Source: Candidatus Omnitrophota bacterium (GTDB lineage: Bacteria; Omnitrophota; Gorgyraeia; JABMRN01; RBG-13-46-9). Taken from it: a stretch of 64,000 nucleotides of DNA. A model generated the notes under the pieces. The model saw only the letters and a program-made list of their open reading frames with translations, did no database searches and was not told where the DNA came from. The position numbers were made by a program, and so were the translations under genes. This document shows positions 17,276 through 27,153 of this stretch, piece after piece. The DNA is taken from the NCBI GenBank assembly GCA_016782425.1, contig JADHYN010000003.1, positions 36,821-100,820 on the forward strand, read 5' to 3'. Position 1 is the stretch's first letter, and each line of letters starts with the position of its first letter.

Positions 17276-17746
17276 CTACGTCTTTTTAATCCGCTTTATG
17301 ATCTTCGTTGTCGAGTAGCCTTTTATAAACGGTATTGAGACTGCCCTGCCCCCGTGATTTTTTACGTGTCTTCCACCCACAATATCTTTTGTTTTCCAAT
17401 CGCCGCCCTTGGCAAGAACATCAGGCGTAAGCGCTTTTATAAGCTTCGCGGGGGTCGCATCGTTGAAAGTGATTACGTAATCGACAAATTCAAGCGAAGA
17501 CAAAACGGCCGCCCGCTCCTTCTCGCCGGTTATAGGGCGCTTTTTTCCTTTGATTTTTTTTACGGAGGCGTCACTATTCAGGCCGATTACGAGGACATCA
17601 CCGAGACGCTTGCATTTTTCAAGGTACTTAAGATGCCCGTAATGCAGTATGTCAAAACAGCCGTTTGTAAAAACTACCTTTTTCTTTTTCCGCTTTAAGT
17701 CCGTGACTATCTTTTTAATTTCCGTAAGATTTTTCAACTTACCCAT
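17276..17746 (-). CDS. hldC: D-glycero-beta-D-manno-heptose 1-phosphate adenylyltransferase (RfaE domain II type)
   Basis: 156 aa cytidylyltransferase fold with VFTNGCFDILHYGHLKYL. Confidence 0.8.
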   Translation of the reverse strand: MGKLKNLTEIKKIVTDLKRKKKKVVFTNGCFDILHYGHLKYLEKCKRLGDVLVIGLNSDASVKKIKGKKRPITGEKERAAVLSSLEFVDYVITFNDATPAKLIKALTPDVLAKGGDWKTKDIVGGRHVKNHGGRAVSIPFIKGYSTTKIIKRIKKT

Positions 17747-18306
17747 TTGTCTTCTACTAGTTCACATAAAATATGTATTACGAGAATGTGTGCCTCTTGT
17801 ATCCTGGGTGTGTCATCCGACTTGACAACAATCGAGAGATCAGCTATCGCTTTAATTTTGCCACCGCCTTTTCCTGTGAGCCCTATGGTCAAAAGACCCA
17901 TTTCCTTGGACCTCTCGACGGCCGCGATGACATTTTTTGCAGTGCCGCTAGTTGATATGCCGATTGCGACATCCCCTTTTTTCGCGAGGGCTTCAATTTG
18001 GCGTGCAAAAGTTACCTCGTAACCGTAATCATTCGAAAGTGCCGTAATGGTTGAGGTATTCGCAGTAAGCGCGATTGCGGGTATCCCCTTTCGCTCCTTC
18101 TTAAACCGACCGACAAGTTCGGCAACCATATGCTGGCTGTCGGCGGCGCTTCCGCCGTTTCCGAAGACGAGAACCTTCCCGCCTTTTTTCAAAGCAGAGA
18201 TTATCCCCTCAGCCGCGGTCGTGATCGCATCGAGATTCTCTTCGGATAGAAGTTTTCCCACGACCTCTTGATTTGCTTTTATCATTTTTTTTATTTTGTT
18301 AGCCAT
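17734..18306 (-). CDS. gmhA: phosphoheptose isomerase (SIS domain)
   Basis: 190 aa with FGNGGSAADSQH, ALTANTS and GISTSG. Confidence 0.85.
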   Translation of the reverse strand: MANKIKKMIKANQEVVGKLLSEENLDAITTAAEGIISALKKGGKVLVFGNGGSAADSQHMVAELVGRFKKERKGIPAIALTANTSTITALSNDYGYEVTFARQIEALAKKGDVAIGISTSGTAKNVIAAVERSKEMGLLTIGLTGKGGGKIKAIADLSIVVKSDDTPRIQEAHILVIHILCELVEDKWVS

Positions 18307-18324
18307 GCTTTCCTTCTTCTCTCT

Positions 18325-19359
18325 TCAACCGAAGAATATTTTGGCTATTTTGTAAAGCTTCATATCCACACTCTTAATCTCTCCGATGACATCTTCCAGG
18401 GGCACCCCTACGATTTCATTACCCTTAAGCGCCACCATCTTTCCGAATTCCCCGTTTAACAAAAGCTCGACTGCTTTTACGCCGAATCTGGTTGCAAGCA
18501 CTCTGTCGAACGCGCTTGGGGTACCGCCGCGCTGGATATGTCCCAATACCGTCACGCGTGTTTCAAATCCCGTTTGCCTTTCCAGTTCTTTTCCGACCAC
18601 GTGGCCAATGCCGCCGAGTAGCACATTACCGAAGGAGTCTTTCTCCTTGGTTTTCAAAATTAAATCATAATCTTCGAGCTTCGCCCCTTCTGCGACTACC
18701 ACAATGCTGAAGTTTTTTCCCCTTTCATGCCTCTTTTTTATCATACGACATACGTCATTCATCTTGACAGGGACCTCAGGGATGAGTATTACGTCTGCCC
18801 CGCCTGCGATACCGGCATATGTCGCTATCCAACCGGCGTGTCTACCCATTATCTCCACTACCATAATGCGGTGGTGGCTTTCGGCTGTCGTATGCAACCT
18901 GTCTATGGCTTCGGTGGCAATATTAACAGCGGTATCAAAACCAAACGTGAAATCCGTGCACGATAGATCGTTGTCAATCGTTTTTGGTACGCCTACTATT
19001 TTAATCCCTTCTTTATAGAATTTAAACGCGACTCCCAGTGTATCGTCTCCGCCTACGGCAATAAAAGCCTCTAATTTCAGCGCTCTTATGTTCTTTTTAA
19101 CCTTTTCAGCATTGCCTTCTTTTTTATATGGGTTAGTCCGGCTTGTTCCCAGGATCGTTCCACCCTTCGGCAGGATGCCGGAAACAGACTTAAGATCAAG
19201 ATCAACGATATTTCTTTCAATCAGCCCCTTCCAGCCGTTCTTAACCCCCACTACGGAGATGTTTTCGCTGAGTGCTTTTCTTACGATTGCCCGTATAGCG
19301 GGGTTCAAACCCGGACAATCGCCGCCGCCAGTTAATATCCCGATTCGTTTTATACTCAT
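18325..19359 (-). CDS. pfp: 6-phosphofructokinase, predicted pyrophosphate-dependent
   Basis: 344 aa with GILTGGGDCPGLN. The residues GGDD (not GGDG) and PKTIDND (Lys, not Gly) sit at the two positions reported to switch ATP versus PPi specificity. Confidence 0.8.
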   Translation of the reverse strand: MSIKRIGILTGGGDCPGLNPAIRAIVRKALSENISVVGVKNGWKGLIERNIVDLDLKSVSGILPKGGTILGTSRTNPYKKEGNAEKVKKNIRALKLEAFIAVGGDDTLGVAFKFYKEGIKIVGVPKTIDNDLSCTDFTFGFDTAVNIATEAIDRLHTTAESHHRIMVVEIMGRHAGWIATYAGIAGGADVILIPEVPVKMNDVCRMIKKRHERGKNFSIVVVAEGAKLEDYDLILKTKEKDSFGNVLLGGIGHVVGKELERQTGFETRVTVLGHIQRGGTPSAFDRVLATRFGVKAVELLLNGEFGKMVALKGNEIVGVPLEDVIGEIKSVDMKLYKIAKIFFG

Positions 19360-19368
19360 ATTACCCCC

Positions 19369-19977
19369 TTACTCAAGTCCGCCCAAAGGCAAGCGCCTGG
19401 ACGTTTCCGCATTTTCTTTTGGTGTTTGTTGCACTTCGCCCTTACCCCTCGTTGAGGATATTTTTGTTACATGGATTTTTATGTTAATTGTTTCTTCTAC
19501 GCCAAGCATGTCCCGAACCTTTGACTTCACGATATTCTGAAGCCTTTCCGTTGTTTCGGGTATGTTGGAATCGGCAAATATCGTTGCCCTGCACACGATA
19601 TTGATTCCTTTTTTGCTAGCTGTAACATCTGCGCGGAGTTCCTTTACTTCCGACAGATGCCGCACGCTCTTTTTTATAAAATCTTCTATGGCAGACAACG
19701 AGACCGTTACCTGCCCTTCCGGATTTTCAAATGCAATCGTTTTCTCTCCCTGCAACCTGCCCAGATTTATATAGGCCAGTAAAAGCCCTATTAAAATGAA
19801 CATGCCTCCGGCTACGCCGAGAGCCAGTTGCACATTTGGATCGGTGTAGATGTAATTTATCGCATTTGCCAGTTCGTCCGATGATAATAAATTCAGGGAC
19901 AAGAGCAAACACACCCCCCCTATAATCACAAAGAGAAGTGTATGCATAATAATGACCAAACTTCTTATAAGCCGCAT
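19369..19977 (-). CDS. Asp23/Gls24-like (alkaline shock protein family) protein with N-terminal TM helices
   Basis: 202 aa with two hydrophobic helices followed by an Asp23-like core (GQVTVSLSAIEDFIKKSV...VKELRADV...GINIV...). Confidence 0.55.
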   Translation of the reverse strand: MRLIRSLVIIMHTLLFVIIGGVCLLLSLNLLSSDELANAINYIYTDPNVQLALGVAGGMFILIGLLLAYINLGRLQGEKTIAFENPEGQVTVSLSAIEDFIKKSVRHLSEVKELRADVTASKKGINIVCRATIFADSNIPETTERLQNIVKSKVRDMLGVEETINIKIHVTKISSTRGKGEVQQTPKENAETSRRLPLGGLE

Positions 19978-19997
19978 TTTGTACCCCCTTTTTATTT

Positions 19998-21344
19998 TTA
20001 TTTCTTTTCCAACATCTTATCCGCAAATGCCGTAGAATATTTTCCTCTCAGGAACGAGGGATCCGCTAATACTTTACTATGAAACGGAACCGTTGTTTTA
20101 ATCGGTTCTATAATGAATTCTTCCAGGGCGCGCTGCATGACGGAAATTGCAAGCCTCCTTGTATCCGCGTAAGAAATAAGCTTAGCAATCATGGAATCAT
20201 AATAAGGCGATATCTCGTATCCGGGATATATATGCGTGTCTACCCTTACGCCGAGTCCGCCCGGCAGATTTAACGCCGTAATTTTACCCGGGCACGGCCT
20301 GAAGTCGTGTTCAGGATCCTCTGCGTAAACACGACATTCGATCGAGCTTCCCCTGAACTCGACATCGTCCTGTTTCTTTCCGAGCTTCTCGCCGCCGGCG
20401 ATTCTTATCTGTTCTTTAACGATGTCGATACCCGTTAACATTTCCGTAACGGGGTGCTCAACCTGGATCCGTGTATTCATCTCCATGAAATAGAAATTAT
20501 TGTTTTTATCGAGCAGAAATTCAATCGTGCCGGCGTTAACATAGCCTATGGATTTGGCGCATTTCACCGCAAGCTCGCCCATCTTCTTTCTCATTTTCCT
20601 GTTAAGGATAGGAGACGGCGATTCTTCGATGAGTTTCTGATGCCGCCTTTGAACCGTGCAGTCCCGTTCGCCGAGATGTATAACGTGGCCGTGGGAATCT
20701 CCTAATAACTGAAATTCAATGTGTCGCGGATTATCTACATACTTTTCGATATAGACGCTTGGATTACCGAAAGCAGCTTCTGCTTCTCTCTGCGCCGTGA
20801 GGAAAGCGCCTACTAGCCTTACGTCGTTATGGCAGATGCGCATTCCCTTGCCGCCACCGCCCATGGCAGCTTTTATTATAACAGGATATTTTATCTTTTT
20901 CGCTACTTTTAATGCCTCTTCCTTTGCGTTAACAACATTAAGGCTTCCCGGTATAGTGGGAAGCCCGGCCTTTTTTGCAGTCTGCTTGGCCGCCATTTTA
21001 TCTCCCATGAGGCGTATATTTTCGGGCGTAGGGCCGATGAATTTTATCTGGCAGGACTCGCAGATTTCTGCAAAATGAGCATCTTCGGCGAGGAACCCGT
21101 ATCCGGGATGTATGGCCTCGACGTCTGTTATTTCAGCGGCGCTTATTATGCTCGGTATATTTAAATAACTGTCGCTTGCAGGAGCCTTTCCTATGCATAC
21201 GGCTTCGTCGGCCAGCCGCACGTGCAGGGATTCACTGTCAATTTCGGAAAAAACAGCGACAGTTTTAATACCAAGCTCTTTGCAGGCCCTGATAATTCTT
21301 ATCGCAACTTCACCGCGATTTGCTATTAGTATTTTCGAAAACAT
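19998..21344 (-). CDS. accC: acetyl-CoA carboxylase biotin carboxylase subunit
   Basis: 448 aa beginning [26 protein letters not shown], with an ATP-grasp core. Confidence 0.95.
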   Translation of the reverse strand: MFSKILIANRGEVAIRIIRACKELGIKTVAVFSEIDSESLHVRLADEAVCIGKAPASDSYLNIPSIISAAEITDVEAIHPGYGFLAEDAHFAEICESCQIKFIGPTPENIRLMGDKMAAKQTAKKAGLPTIPGSLNVVNAKEEALKVAKKIKYPVIIKAAMGGGGKGMRICHNDVRLVGAFLTAQREAEAAFGNPSVYIEKYVDNPRHIEFQLLGDSHGHVIHLGERDCTVQRRHQKLIEESPSPILNRKMRKKMGELAVKCAKSIGYVNAGTIEFLLDKNNNFYFMEMNTRIQVEHPVTEMLTGIDIVKEQIRIAGGEKLGKKQDDVEFRGSSIECRVYAEDPEHDFRPCPGKITALNLPGGLGVRVDTHIYPGYEISPYYDSMIAKLISYADTRRLAISVMQRALEEFIIEPIKTTVPFHSKVLADPSFLRGKYSTAFADKMLEKK

Positions 21345-21349
21345 ACATT

Positions 21350-21796
21350 TTACGCCGGTTCTACCAAAAACAACACCTGTCCGAATTCAATGGGGTCTCC
21401 GTTTTCAACAAGTATGTCCACGATTTTACCCTTGACCTCGGACTTTATCTCATTCATCAGTTTCATCGCTTCAATGATGCACACGACCTCGCCTTTGTTT
21501 ATCTTGAGCCCAATATCCACAAAAGGTTTGGCATCCGGAGCGGGCGATCTGTAAAAAGTTCCTACCATAGGCGCTTTGATCTCTACGACATTCCCGGTTT
21601 CTTCTTTTGTTGGTGCCGATGGCACTCGGCCTTCTCTGGGAGTAGCTACGGGCGAAGGCATTTGAATTGTCTTTTCGATATGGCCCGCAGCACCCTTACA
21701 GAGATGAAGTTTTGCCCCCTCTTCCTCAATACTTATTTCCGTGAGATCGTGCTTCTCCATTAAGCGGATAACTTCTTCGATCTTTTTTATGTTCAT
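21350..21796 (-). CDS. accB: biotin carboxyl carrier protein
   Basis: 148 aa with the biotinyl motif EAMKLMNEI. Confidence 0.9.
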   Translation of the reverse strand: MNIKKIEEVIRLMEKHDLTEISIEEEGAKLHLCKGAAGHIEKTIQMPSPVATPREGRVPSAPTKEETGNVVEIKAPMVGTFYRSPAPDAKPFVDIGLKINKGEVVCIIEAMKLMNEIKSEVKGKIVDILVENGDPIEFGQVLFLVEPA

Positions 21797-21811
21797 TTTT
21801 CGCTCCTTTTT

Positions 21812-22369
21812 CTACGCGCGGCCCGAATATTCGCCGGTACGTGTATCTATTTTTATCGTATCACCCGTATTTATAAATAGCGGTACTTTTATAACTGCGT
21901 CCGTTTCCAGGGTAGCAGGCTTTGAGCCCCCCTTGGCGGTATCCCCCTTTATTCCGGGTTCCGTATATTTGACCTTTAGGTTTACGAAGGCCGGAAGCGA
22001 TATGCTGATTATTGAATCTTTGTGTATAGAGGCCGCAATCTCCATACCGTCCTTCAGGAATTTTAAGCTGTCTTCTATCTTTTCCTCATCAATCGCGATT
22101 TGCTCGTATGTTGCCTGATCCATGAAGTGATAACCGGACTGGTCTTTATAAAGATACTGGATTTTTTTCTCTTCGATAAAGGCCTGCGTGAAGCTGTCTT
22201 CCGGCCTGAATGTCCTTTCTGCGATAGAGCCGTTTTGTAGATTTTTTAGCTTTACCCTGACAAAAGCGTTGCCCTTACCCGGCTTTATGTGCTGCGAATG
22301 CAGAACAAGGTGAAGTGCTTTATTTATTTCGATGACGAATCCGTTTTTAAATTGACGCGCGGTAATCAT
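21812..22369 (-). CDS. efp: elongation factor P
   Basis: 185 aa with HIKPGKGNAFVRVKLKNL. Confidence 0.95.
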   Translation of the reverse strand: MITARQFKNGFVIEINKALHLVLHSQHIKPGKGNAFVRVKLKNLQNGSIAERTFRPEDSFTQAFIEEKKIQYLYKDQSGYHFMDQATYEQIAIDEEKIEDSLKFLKDGMEIAASIHKDSIISISLPAFVNLKVKYTEPGIKGDTAKGGSKPATLETDAVIKVPLFINTGDTIKIDTRTGEYSGRA

Positions 22370-23013
22370 TTCGTCAACACCCTTCTTTTCTTCTTACCGA
22401 TAAAAACCATATCTTCTATCCTTACTCCGCATTTCCCTTTTATATAGAGGCCCGGCTCTATGGTTACGACGATATTCTTCTTCAACATGCGCCTGTTTTT
22501 TTCCGATAGCTTTGGCGCTTCATGAACCTTTTTTCCTATTCCATGCCCCAGAGAATGCAGGATGTACTTTCCGAAGCCTTTTTTTCTGATGTAACCGTAA
22601 ATGCCTCCTACGAAATCCGATATTGCAAGTCCTGGCCTTACGCTCTTTATAGCCATTCTCTGGGCCATTTTTGCAGTGTTATAAAGCCTACGCATCCGGG
22701 GGCTTATCCTGCCGACAATTACGGTTCTTGTAAAATCGGAATGACGCCCCTTATAGATAACCCCAAAATCAACTACGACCAAATCGGATTTTTTTATCTT
22801 CCGCCCTGTTACTTTTGCATGCGGCTTTGCCGCATTCGGGCCACTTGCAACTATGGTTCTGAAAGAACGCTTGAAGCCCCTTTTTTTTATAATACTTTCG
22901 ATTCTACGGGCAATTTCGCACTCCCGGGCACCGGGTTTTATTTCGTTTGACACGGCATTGAAAATACTAACGGTGATTTTGGCCGCTTTGGTTAAGTAGC
23001 TGATTTTCTCCAT
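22366..23013 (-). CDS. M24 family peptidase, catalytic (pita-bread) domain only
   Basis: 215 aa. The metal ligands are present (DFG..YKGRHSD, HSLGHGIG, TIEPG, RIED). There is no creatinase-like N-terminal domain. It sits in the conserved aroQ-pepP-efp position. Confidence 0.75.
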   Translation of the reverse strand: MEKISYLTKAAKITVSIFNAVSNEIKPGARECEIARRIESIIKKRGFKRSFRTIVASGPNAAKPHAKVTGRKIKKSDLVVVDFGVIYKGRHSDFTRTVIVGRISPRMRRLYNTAKMAQRMAIKSVRPGLAISDFVGGIYGYIRKKGFGKYILHSLGHGIGKKVHEAPKLSEKNRRMLKKNIVVTIEPGLYIKGKCGVRIEDMVFIGKKKRRVLTK

Positions 23014-23454
23014 CTATTTACTTGCCAGCTCAATGGCGGCCTCTAAGCCCAATAAGTAGCTGGTTTTTCCAAAGCCCGCCACCTGCCCCTTTGCGACAGG
23101 CGCGATTAGCGAAGTATGCCTGAACTCTTCCCTGGCATATATGTTAGAAAGATGAACCTCAACTGTCGGTACGCCGCATGCGCTTACGGCGTCGCGTATG
23201 GCAACGCTCGTATGCGTATAAGCCGCGGGGTTTATTAAAACAGCATTTACTTTATTTTTCTTTGCTTTTCCGATAACGTCTACAATCTCTCCTTCGTGGT
23301 TGGACTGCATTATCTCGATATCGACTTTCCTTTTTTCGGCTACACTTTTTAGTTCATTATTGATCTGGTCTATCGTAACTTTTCCATATATATCGACTTC
23401 CCGCGCACCTAAGAGATTTAAATTCGGACCGTGTATAACAAGTATTTTTGGCAT
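23014..23454 (-). CDS. aroQ: type II 3-dehydroquinate dehydratase
   Basis: 146 aa with [24 protein letters not shown] and NPAAYTHTS. Confidence 0.9.
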   Translation of the reverse strand: MPKILVIHGPNLNLLGAREVDIYGKVTIDQINNELKSVAEKRKVDIEIMQSNHEGEIVDVIGKAKKNKVNAVLINPAAYTHTSVAIRDAVSACGVPTVEVHLSNIYAREEFRHTSLIAPVAKGQVAGFGKTSYLLGLEAAIELASK

Positions 23455-23470
23455 TTTGCCTCCTTTTTAT

Positions 23471-24454
23471 CTACCCTACCCGATAAGCGTCTAACGCAGA
23501 TATCTCCGACTGTTTTATTTTAAACTGGGAAGCAGAGATGTAAATTACAGCACCCACAAGACTCGTGATAAGTAGCGTTGCCAAAAGCAGTATGCTTAGT
23601 GAAAACGCGTTGTCGCTGCCGATAAAAGGGCCAAAAAGTGCGACTATCGCACCCTCACGAATCCCAAGTCCGCCGAGCGACGGCAACATGCTGATGACGC
23701 TCACTATGGGCATGATCAGAAAAACAGTCGTTGGTCTGAGGTCAGTGCCGAGTGCCCTTGCCAGTAAATATATCATCGAGAAATAAAAACTTTGACATAT
23801 TATCGAGATGCCGATTACCGCAAAGATAAGGGCTTTCCTGTTTCTGTATTCGTGCACTGCCATGTAGACCTTTGAAAGCCGCTGGCCTATATTCCAGAGT
23901 TTTAGTTTTGAAAAGGCTTTGAGTATGAATTTTGCGATAGCCTGATTCAGGATGATTATGAATGAGGCTATGCCGCACAGGGTAGATATAAGGATGAGCG
24001 CCTTAAGCTCATTATTTAGATTCTTCCACGAAATAAAGAGCGCGAATGCCGCAATGCATATAAATGAAAATAAGCCTATAAAACGGTCCATGAAGACCGC
24101 TATGAACGACTTTGCCGTTTCTTTTGTCTGCTTCGATGCGTAATAAGCTTTTACGATATCTCCGCCGACAGCCGTAGGCATGAAATTATTGAAAAAATAA
24201 CCTATGAAGGAAAGCTGGATTACCCTCCCGAGCGGAATATGAATCCCTTCACCTACAAAGAGAAGCTTGAGCCTCGATGATACAATGGTTACGATAAAAA
24301 TGAACATGAGAACGGCCAGAGAAAATATGAAGATGTTGGTTCTTGAAAGCGTGTTTGCTATGCCTGGGAAGTGCGATCTCATGCTCCACAAAAGAATCGC
24401 AACCAGCCCGCCGCTTATAAACACCCGCAAAATCGTGGAAATTTTCGCCTTCAT
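23471..24454 (-). CDS. UPF0104 / lysylphosphatidylglycerol-synthase-TM-region family membrane protein
   Basis: 327 aa, polytopic, with the motif FFNNFMPTAVGGDIVKAYY. Confidence 0.65.
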   Translation of the reverse strand: MKAKISTILRVFISGGLVAILLWSMRSHFPGIANTLSRTNIFIFSLAVLMFIFIVTIVSSRLKLLFVGEGIHIPLGRVIQLSFIGYFFNNFMPTAVGGDIVKAYYASKQTKETAKSFIAVFMDRFIGLFSFICIAAFALFISWKNLNNELKALILISTLCGIASFIIILNQAIAKFILKAFSKLKLWNIGQRLSKVYMAVHEYRNRKALIFAVIGISIICQSFYFSMIYLLARALGTDLRPTTVFLIMPIVSVISMLPSLGGLGIREGAIVALFGPFIGSDNAFSLSILLLATLLITSLVGAVIYISASQFKIKQSEISALDAYRVG

Positions 24455-24464
24455 TTAAGGAGTT

Positions 24465-24493
24465 AATATAGCATAATTAGTTCAAATAGTAAA
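24465..24493 (-). promoter_or_regulatory. putative promoter giving a near-leaderless transcript
   Basis: On the minus strand: TTTACT (24493..24488), 17 nt, then TATATT (24470..24465). Only 10 nt separate the -10 from the ATG at 24454, and there is no SD. Confidence 0.3.
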
Positions 24494-24525
24494 GTGAAAA
24501 TGCGGTTTGGAATTCCGTTTTTTCT

Positions 24526-25560
24526 TTATTCTTTGGTGTTGGAGTTTTCGATTTGCGGTGGATTTGGAAGGTCTAGCTTTAGCGTGGATTCGATATTATC
24601 CTTGAAACGCGATATATGTGTGTCGCCGACTTTGTAGGCATTCCGGGCCTTGTCAAGACAGGCGCCTATCTCTTCATATTTACTGTAGAAGCGCTTGAAA
24701 TTCCTCTCTATTTTTATCAATGCCTCCCGGAGCTTTTTGGCACTTTTAATTATGTCGATATTTCGTATGCCCAGGATTATGATCTGCAAGAATGCGTAGA
24801 ACGTGTTCGGGCTTACCGGGACCACGTTTTGGCTGCGCGCGAATTCGTAAATGCTAGAGGGGTCTCCAAGGAAGTTTTTCTCCGCGATCGTTTCGTAATA
24901 TATCGATTCGGAAGGGATAAACATTAGCGCAAAATCGGAAGTCCCCTTATGCGGCTTTATGTATTTATTCTTTATTGAGCTTATCTGTACCTTCAGGCCC
25001 TCTTCGTATAATTTCCAGTTTTTCTTTTTCTCCTCACCCTCTGGGACGTTTAGGTACCTTTCGTAGATTTCTCGCGGGAATTTTGCGTCAATCGGTATGA
25101 CGATATCTTTGTATTTTACGACGGCGTCAACCGTCTCTCTACCCTCTATTGCATATTGTTTTTCCCAGACCCCTTTCGGCAATACCCTGTCCAACATCTC
25201 CTCCAGCACCTCCTCGCCGTAGCTACCTCTTAATTTGGGCGTTTGAAGAAGGTACTTGAGCGAATTGCCAAGATCACTTGCTTCTTTTTGCTGTTCGAGC
25301 ATTCTCTCTAAGGTAACACCCATGTTTTTTATCGTATCGAGGGTCTTTATGGCGTGGTCCGATATTATGTTTTTTGACATTTCCACCTCGCGGCGGGCAG
25401 TTTCCATTGTCCTGTGGAGGGCATCCTGAAAACCCACGAATTTTTCGTTGATCGTGGATTGTATCTTTTCATCCATGCGGCCTTCTTTCGCAGTCTTGAA
25501 TATTATAAATAGAACCAGGCCGACAATGATTAAAAGGAGTATAACGGTTATCGTTTCCAT
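24526..25560 (-). CDS. rmuC: DNA recombination protein RmuC
   Basis: 344 aa with an N-terminal TM helix, a coiled coil and an RmuC core (VDAVV...IPIDAKFP, MFIPSE). Confidence 0.8.
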   Translation of the reverse strand: METITVILLLIIVGLVLFIIFKTAKEGRMDEKIQSTINEKFVGFQDALHRTMETARREVEMSKNIISDHAIKTLDTIKNMGVTLERMLEQQKEASDLGNSLKYLLQTPKLRGSYGEEVLEEMLDRVLPKGVWEKQYAIEGRETVDAVVKYKDIVIPIDAKFPREIYERYLNVPEGEEKKKNWKLYEEGLKVQISSIKNKYIKPHKGTSDFALMFIPSESIYYETIAEKNFLGDPSSIYEFARSQNVVPVSPNTFYAFLQIIILGIRNIDIIKSAKKLREALIKIERNFKRFYSKYEEIGACLDKARNAYKVGDTHISRFKDNIESTLKLDLPNPPQIENSNTKE

Positions 25561-26348
25561 AGCCCTGGATCAAGCCTTAATTTTTTCTTTATTACCGGAA
25601 TAGCCTTTCTTGCTGCTTCTTCACCGTCCAACAACGCCCTTTTGGCGCGATGAAAGGCGAATTGGTCTATGTTGTGCAATTTCGGCTTTATAATAATATC
25701 TGCCTGCATTGACTGGTACCTGTCCAGTTCTTCGCCGAGGATCTGTATGGATTGTATGAACATCTGGAACAAATTGTCCAACTTTCCTTTTTTGACCGAG
25801 AACCCGATATCGACGGCGATAACCGTTGTGGCGCCGAGGCGTTTTGCCATTTTTACAGGTATGCTGTTACGTATGCCGCCGTCGGTGAGCTTCCTGCCAT
25901 CGATCGTAACCGGTGCAAAGATTCCGGGCCAGGAACAACTTGCCTGGATAACTTTTTGCAGATTTCCTTTTGTGTGCATAAGCTCCTCGCCGGTTTCGAT
26001 ATCGGTTGTGGTGATAGCAAAAGGTATTTGCGCGTCTTCAAACCTTTTCTTATCCGTGAATTCTTCTATTAGTTTTGCCAGTTTCTTGCCCTTGATTATC
26101 GATATTTTTGATATCGAGAAATCGGCCAGTTTAGCCCACGAAAATTTTAATGCGGCCTTCTCCATTCTATAAGTGGGCACCCCCAGGCCATATGCTGCGC
26201 CTACCAAACCACCTATGCTTGAGCCTACAATCAAGTCAATGGGTATACGCTCTTTCTCGAGGACCTTTAATACCCCGATATTTGCTATTCCGCGGGCTGC
26301 TCCGCCTCCAAGGGCTAGTGCGACTTTCGGTTTTTTAAATAAAGGCAT
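25548..26348 (-). CDS. patatin-like phospholipase
   Basis: 266 aa with the GGGAARG oxyanion motif, GSSIG (GxSxG) and the DGG catalytic Asp. Confidence 0.8.
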   Translation of the reverse strand: MPLFKKPKVALALGGGAARGIANIGVLKVLEKERIPIDLIVGSSIGGLVGAAYGLGVPTYRMEKAALKFSWAKLADFSISKISIIKGKKLAKLIEEFTDKKRFEDAQIPFAITTTDIETGEELMHTKGNLQKVIQASCSWPGIFAPVTIDGRKLTDGGIRNSIPVKMAKRLGATTVIAVDIGFSVKKGKLDNLFQMFIQSIQILGEELDRYQSMQADIIIKPKLHNIDQFAFHRAKRALLDGEEAARKAIPVIKKKLRLDPGLWKR

Positions 26349-26349
26349 T

Positions 26350-27153
26350 TTAATAAACTACAATTCCGGCGTACCCTACGACGCTCGAGTAATCGCCGGA
26401 GGCCTCGCCGCTCGTATTATATTTTGTAAGTTTTGCTTTTTTCGCTCCGAGCTCGATACAGGCCTGGAGCATGATGGCTGTTGGCGCAAAGCCGCACATA
26501 CTGATATCGAATTTCTGTATCGTATCCAGAAAGCCACCCACATCAAGCGCCAGAATTTTGTCTATTGCTTTCTTGTCTTTGGCTTTTGCCGACTCGTGCG
26601 GTTCGTAATGGGTCATATCGCTCGAGGCTATGATGGTAACTTTCTTTTTAAGATCTTTTATGGCGCCGGCAAGTCCTGTCCCGATGTCTTTGTATACCTT
26701 GCTCTTGGCACCGGTTACCACTATGGGCACAAAGGTAAAACCTTTCTCTAGATACTGGAGAAAGGGAAGCTGAACTTCTATGGAGTGTTCATAATTGTGG
26801 CATAGAGAATCCTTTTCTACATATTTTGAATGCCCGAGAATGGCTTCTCCCAGTTCCTTGTCGGCCTCAACGGTTCCCAGGGGTGTTTTCCAGCTTCTTT
26901 CCAGATCCAATCCGAAGGGTTTGCCGAAACCGGTGTGGTTAGGTCCGAGAATTATATAGGTAGGTTTTGGTTCTATCGAAGATAGGACATCCCCTGCGAC
27001 GGGGCCGGAATATATGTATCCGGCATGCGGGGACACGACGCCCAACGCGTTAATTTTCTCTTTTTTTTGAGTTACAAAGCCTGCCAGTTCTTTTTTTAAG
27101 AGCGCCTCGCTGGCAGTATAGAATTGCCCGGCTACGACAGGGCTTCTTATCAT
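26350..27153 (-). CDS. amrB: Memo-like protein (AmmeMemoRadiSam system protein B)
   Basis: 267 aa with PVVAGQFY, SPHAGYIYSG and SSDMTHY. Confidence 0.8.
   Translation of the reverse strand: MIRSPVVAGQFYTASEALLKKELAGFVTQKKEKINALGVVSPHAGYIYSGPVAGDVLSSIEPKPTYIILGPNHTGFGKPFGLDLERSWKTPLGTVEADKELGEAILGHSKYVEKDSLCHNYEHSIEVQLPFLQYLEKGFTFVPIVVTGAKSKVYKDIGTGLAGAIKDLKKKVTIIASSDMTHYEPHESAKAKDKKAIDKILALDVGGFLDTIQKFDISMCGFAPTAIMLQACIELGAKKAKLTKYNTSGEASGDYSSVVGYAGIVVY

Noticed and set aside
22366-23013. The M24 peptidase as a truncated pseudogene, since it lacks the N-terminal domain.
   Set aside because: All five metal ligands and the ORF are intact. It abuts aroQ with no leftover N-terminal coding remnant and keeps the conserved position upstream of efp. 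It is more likely a genuine short form.
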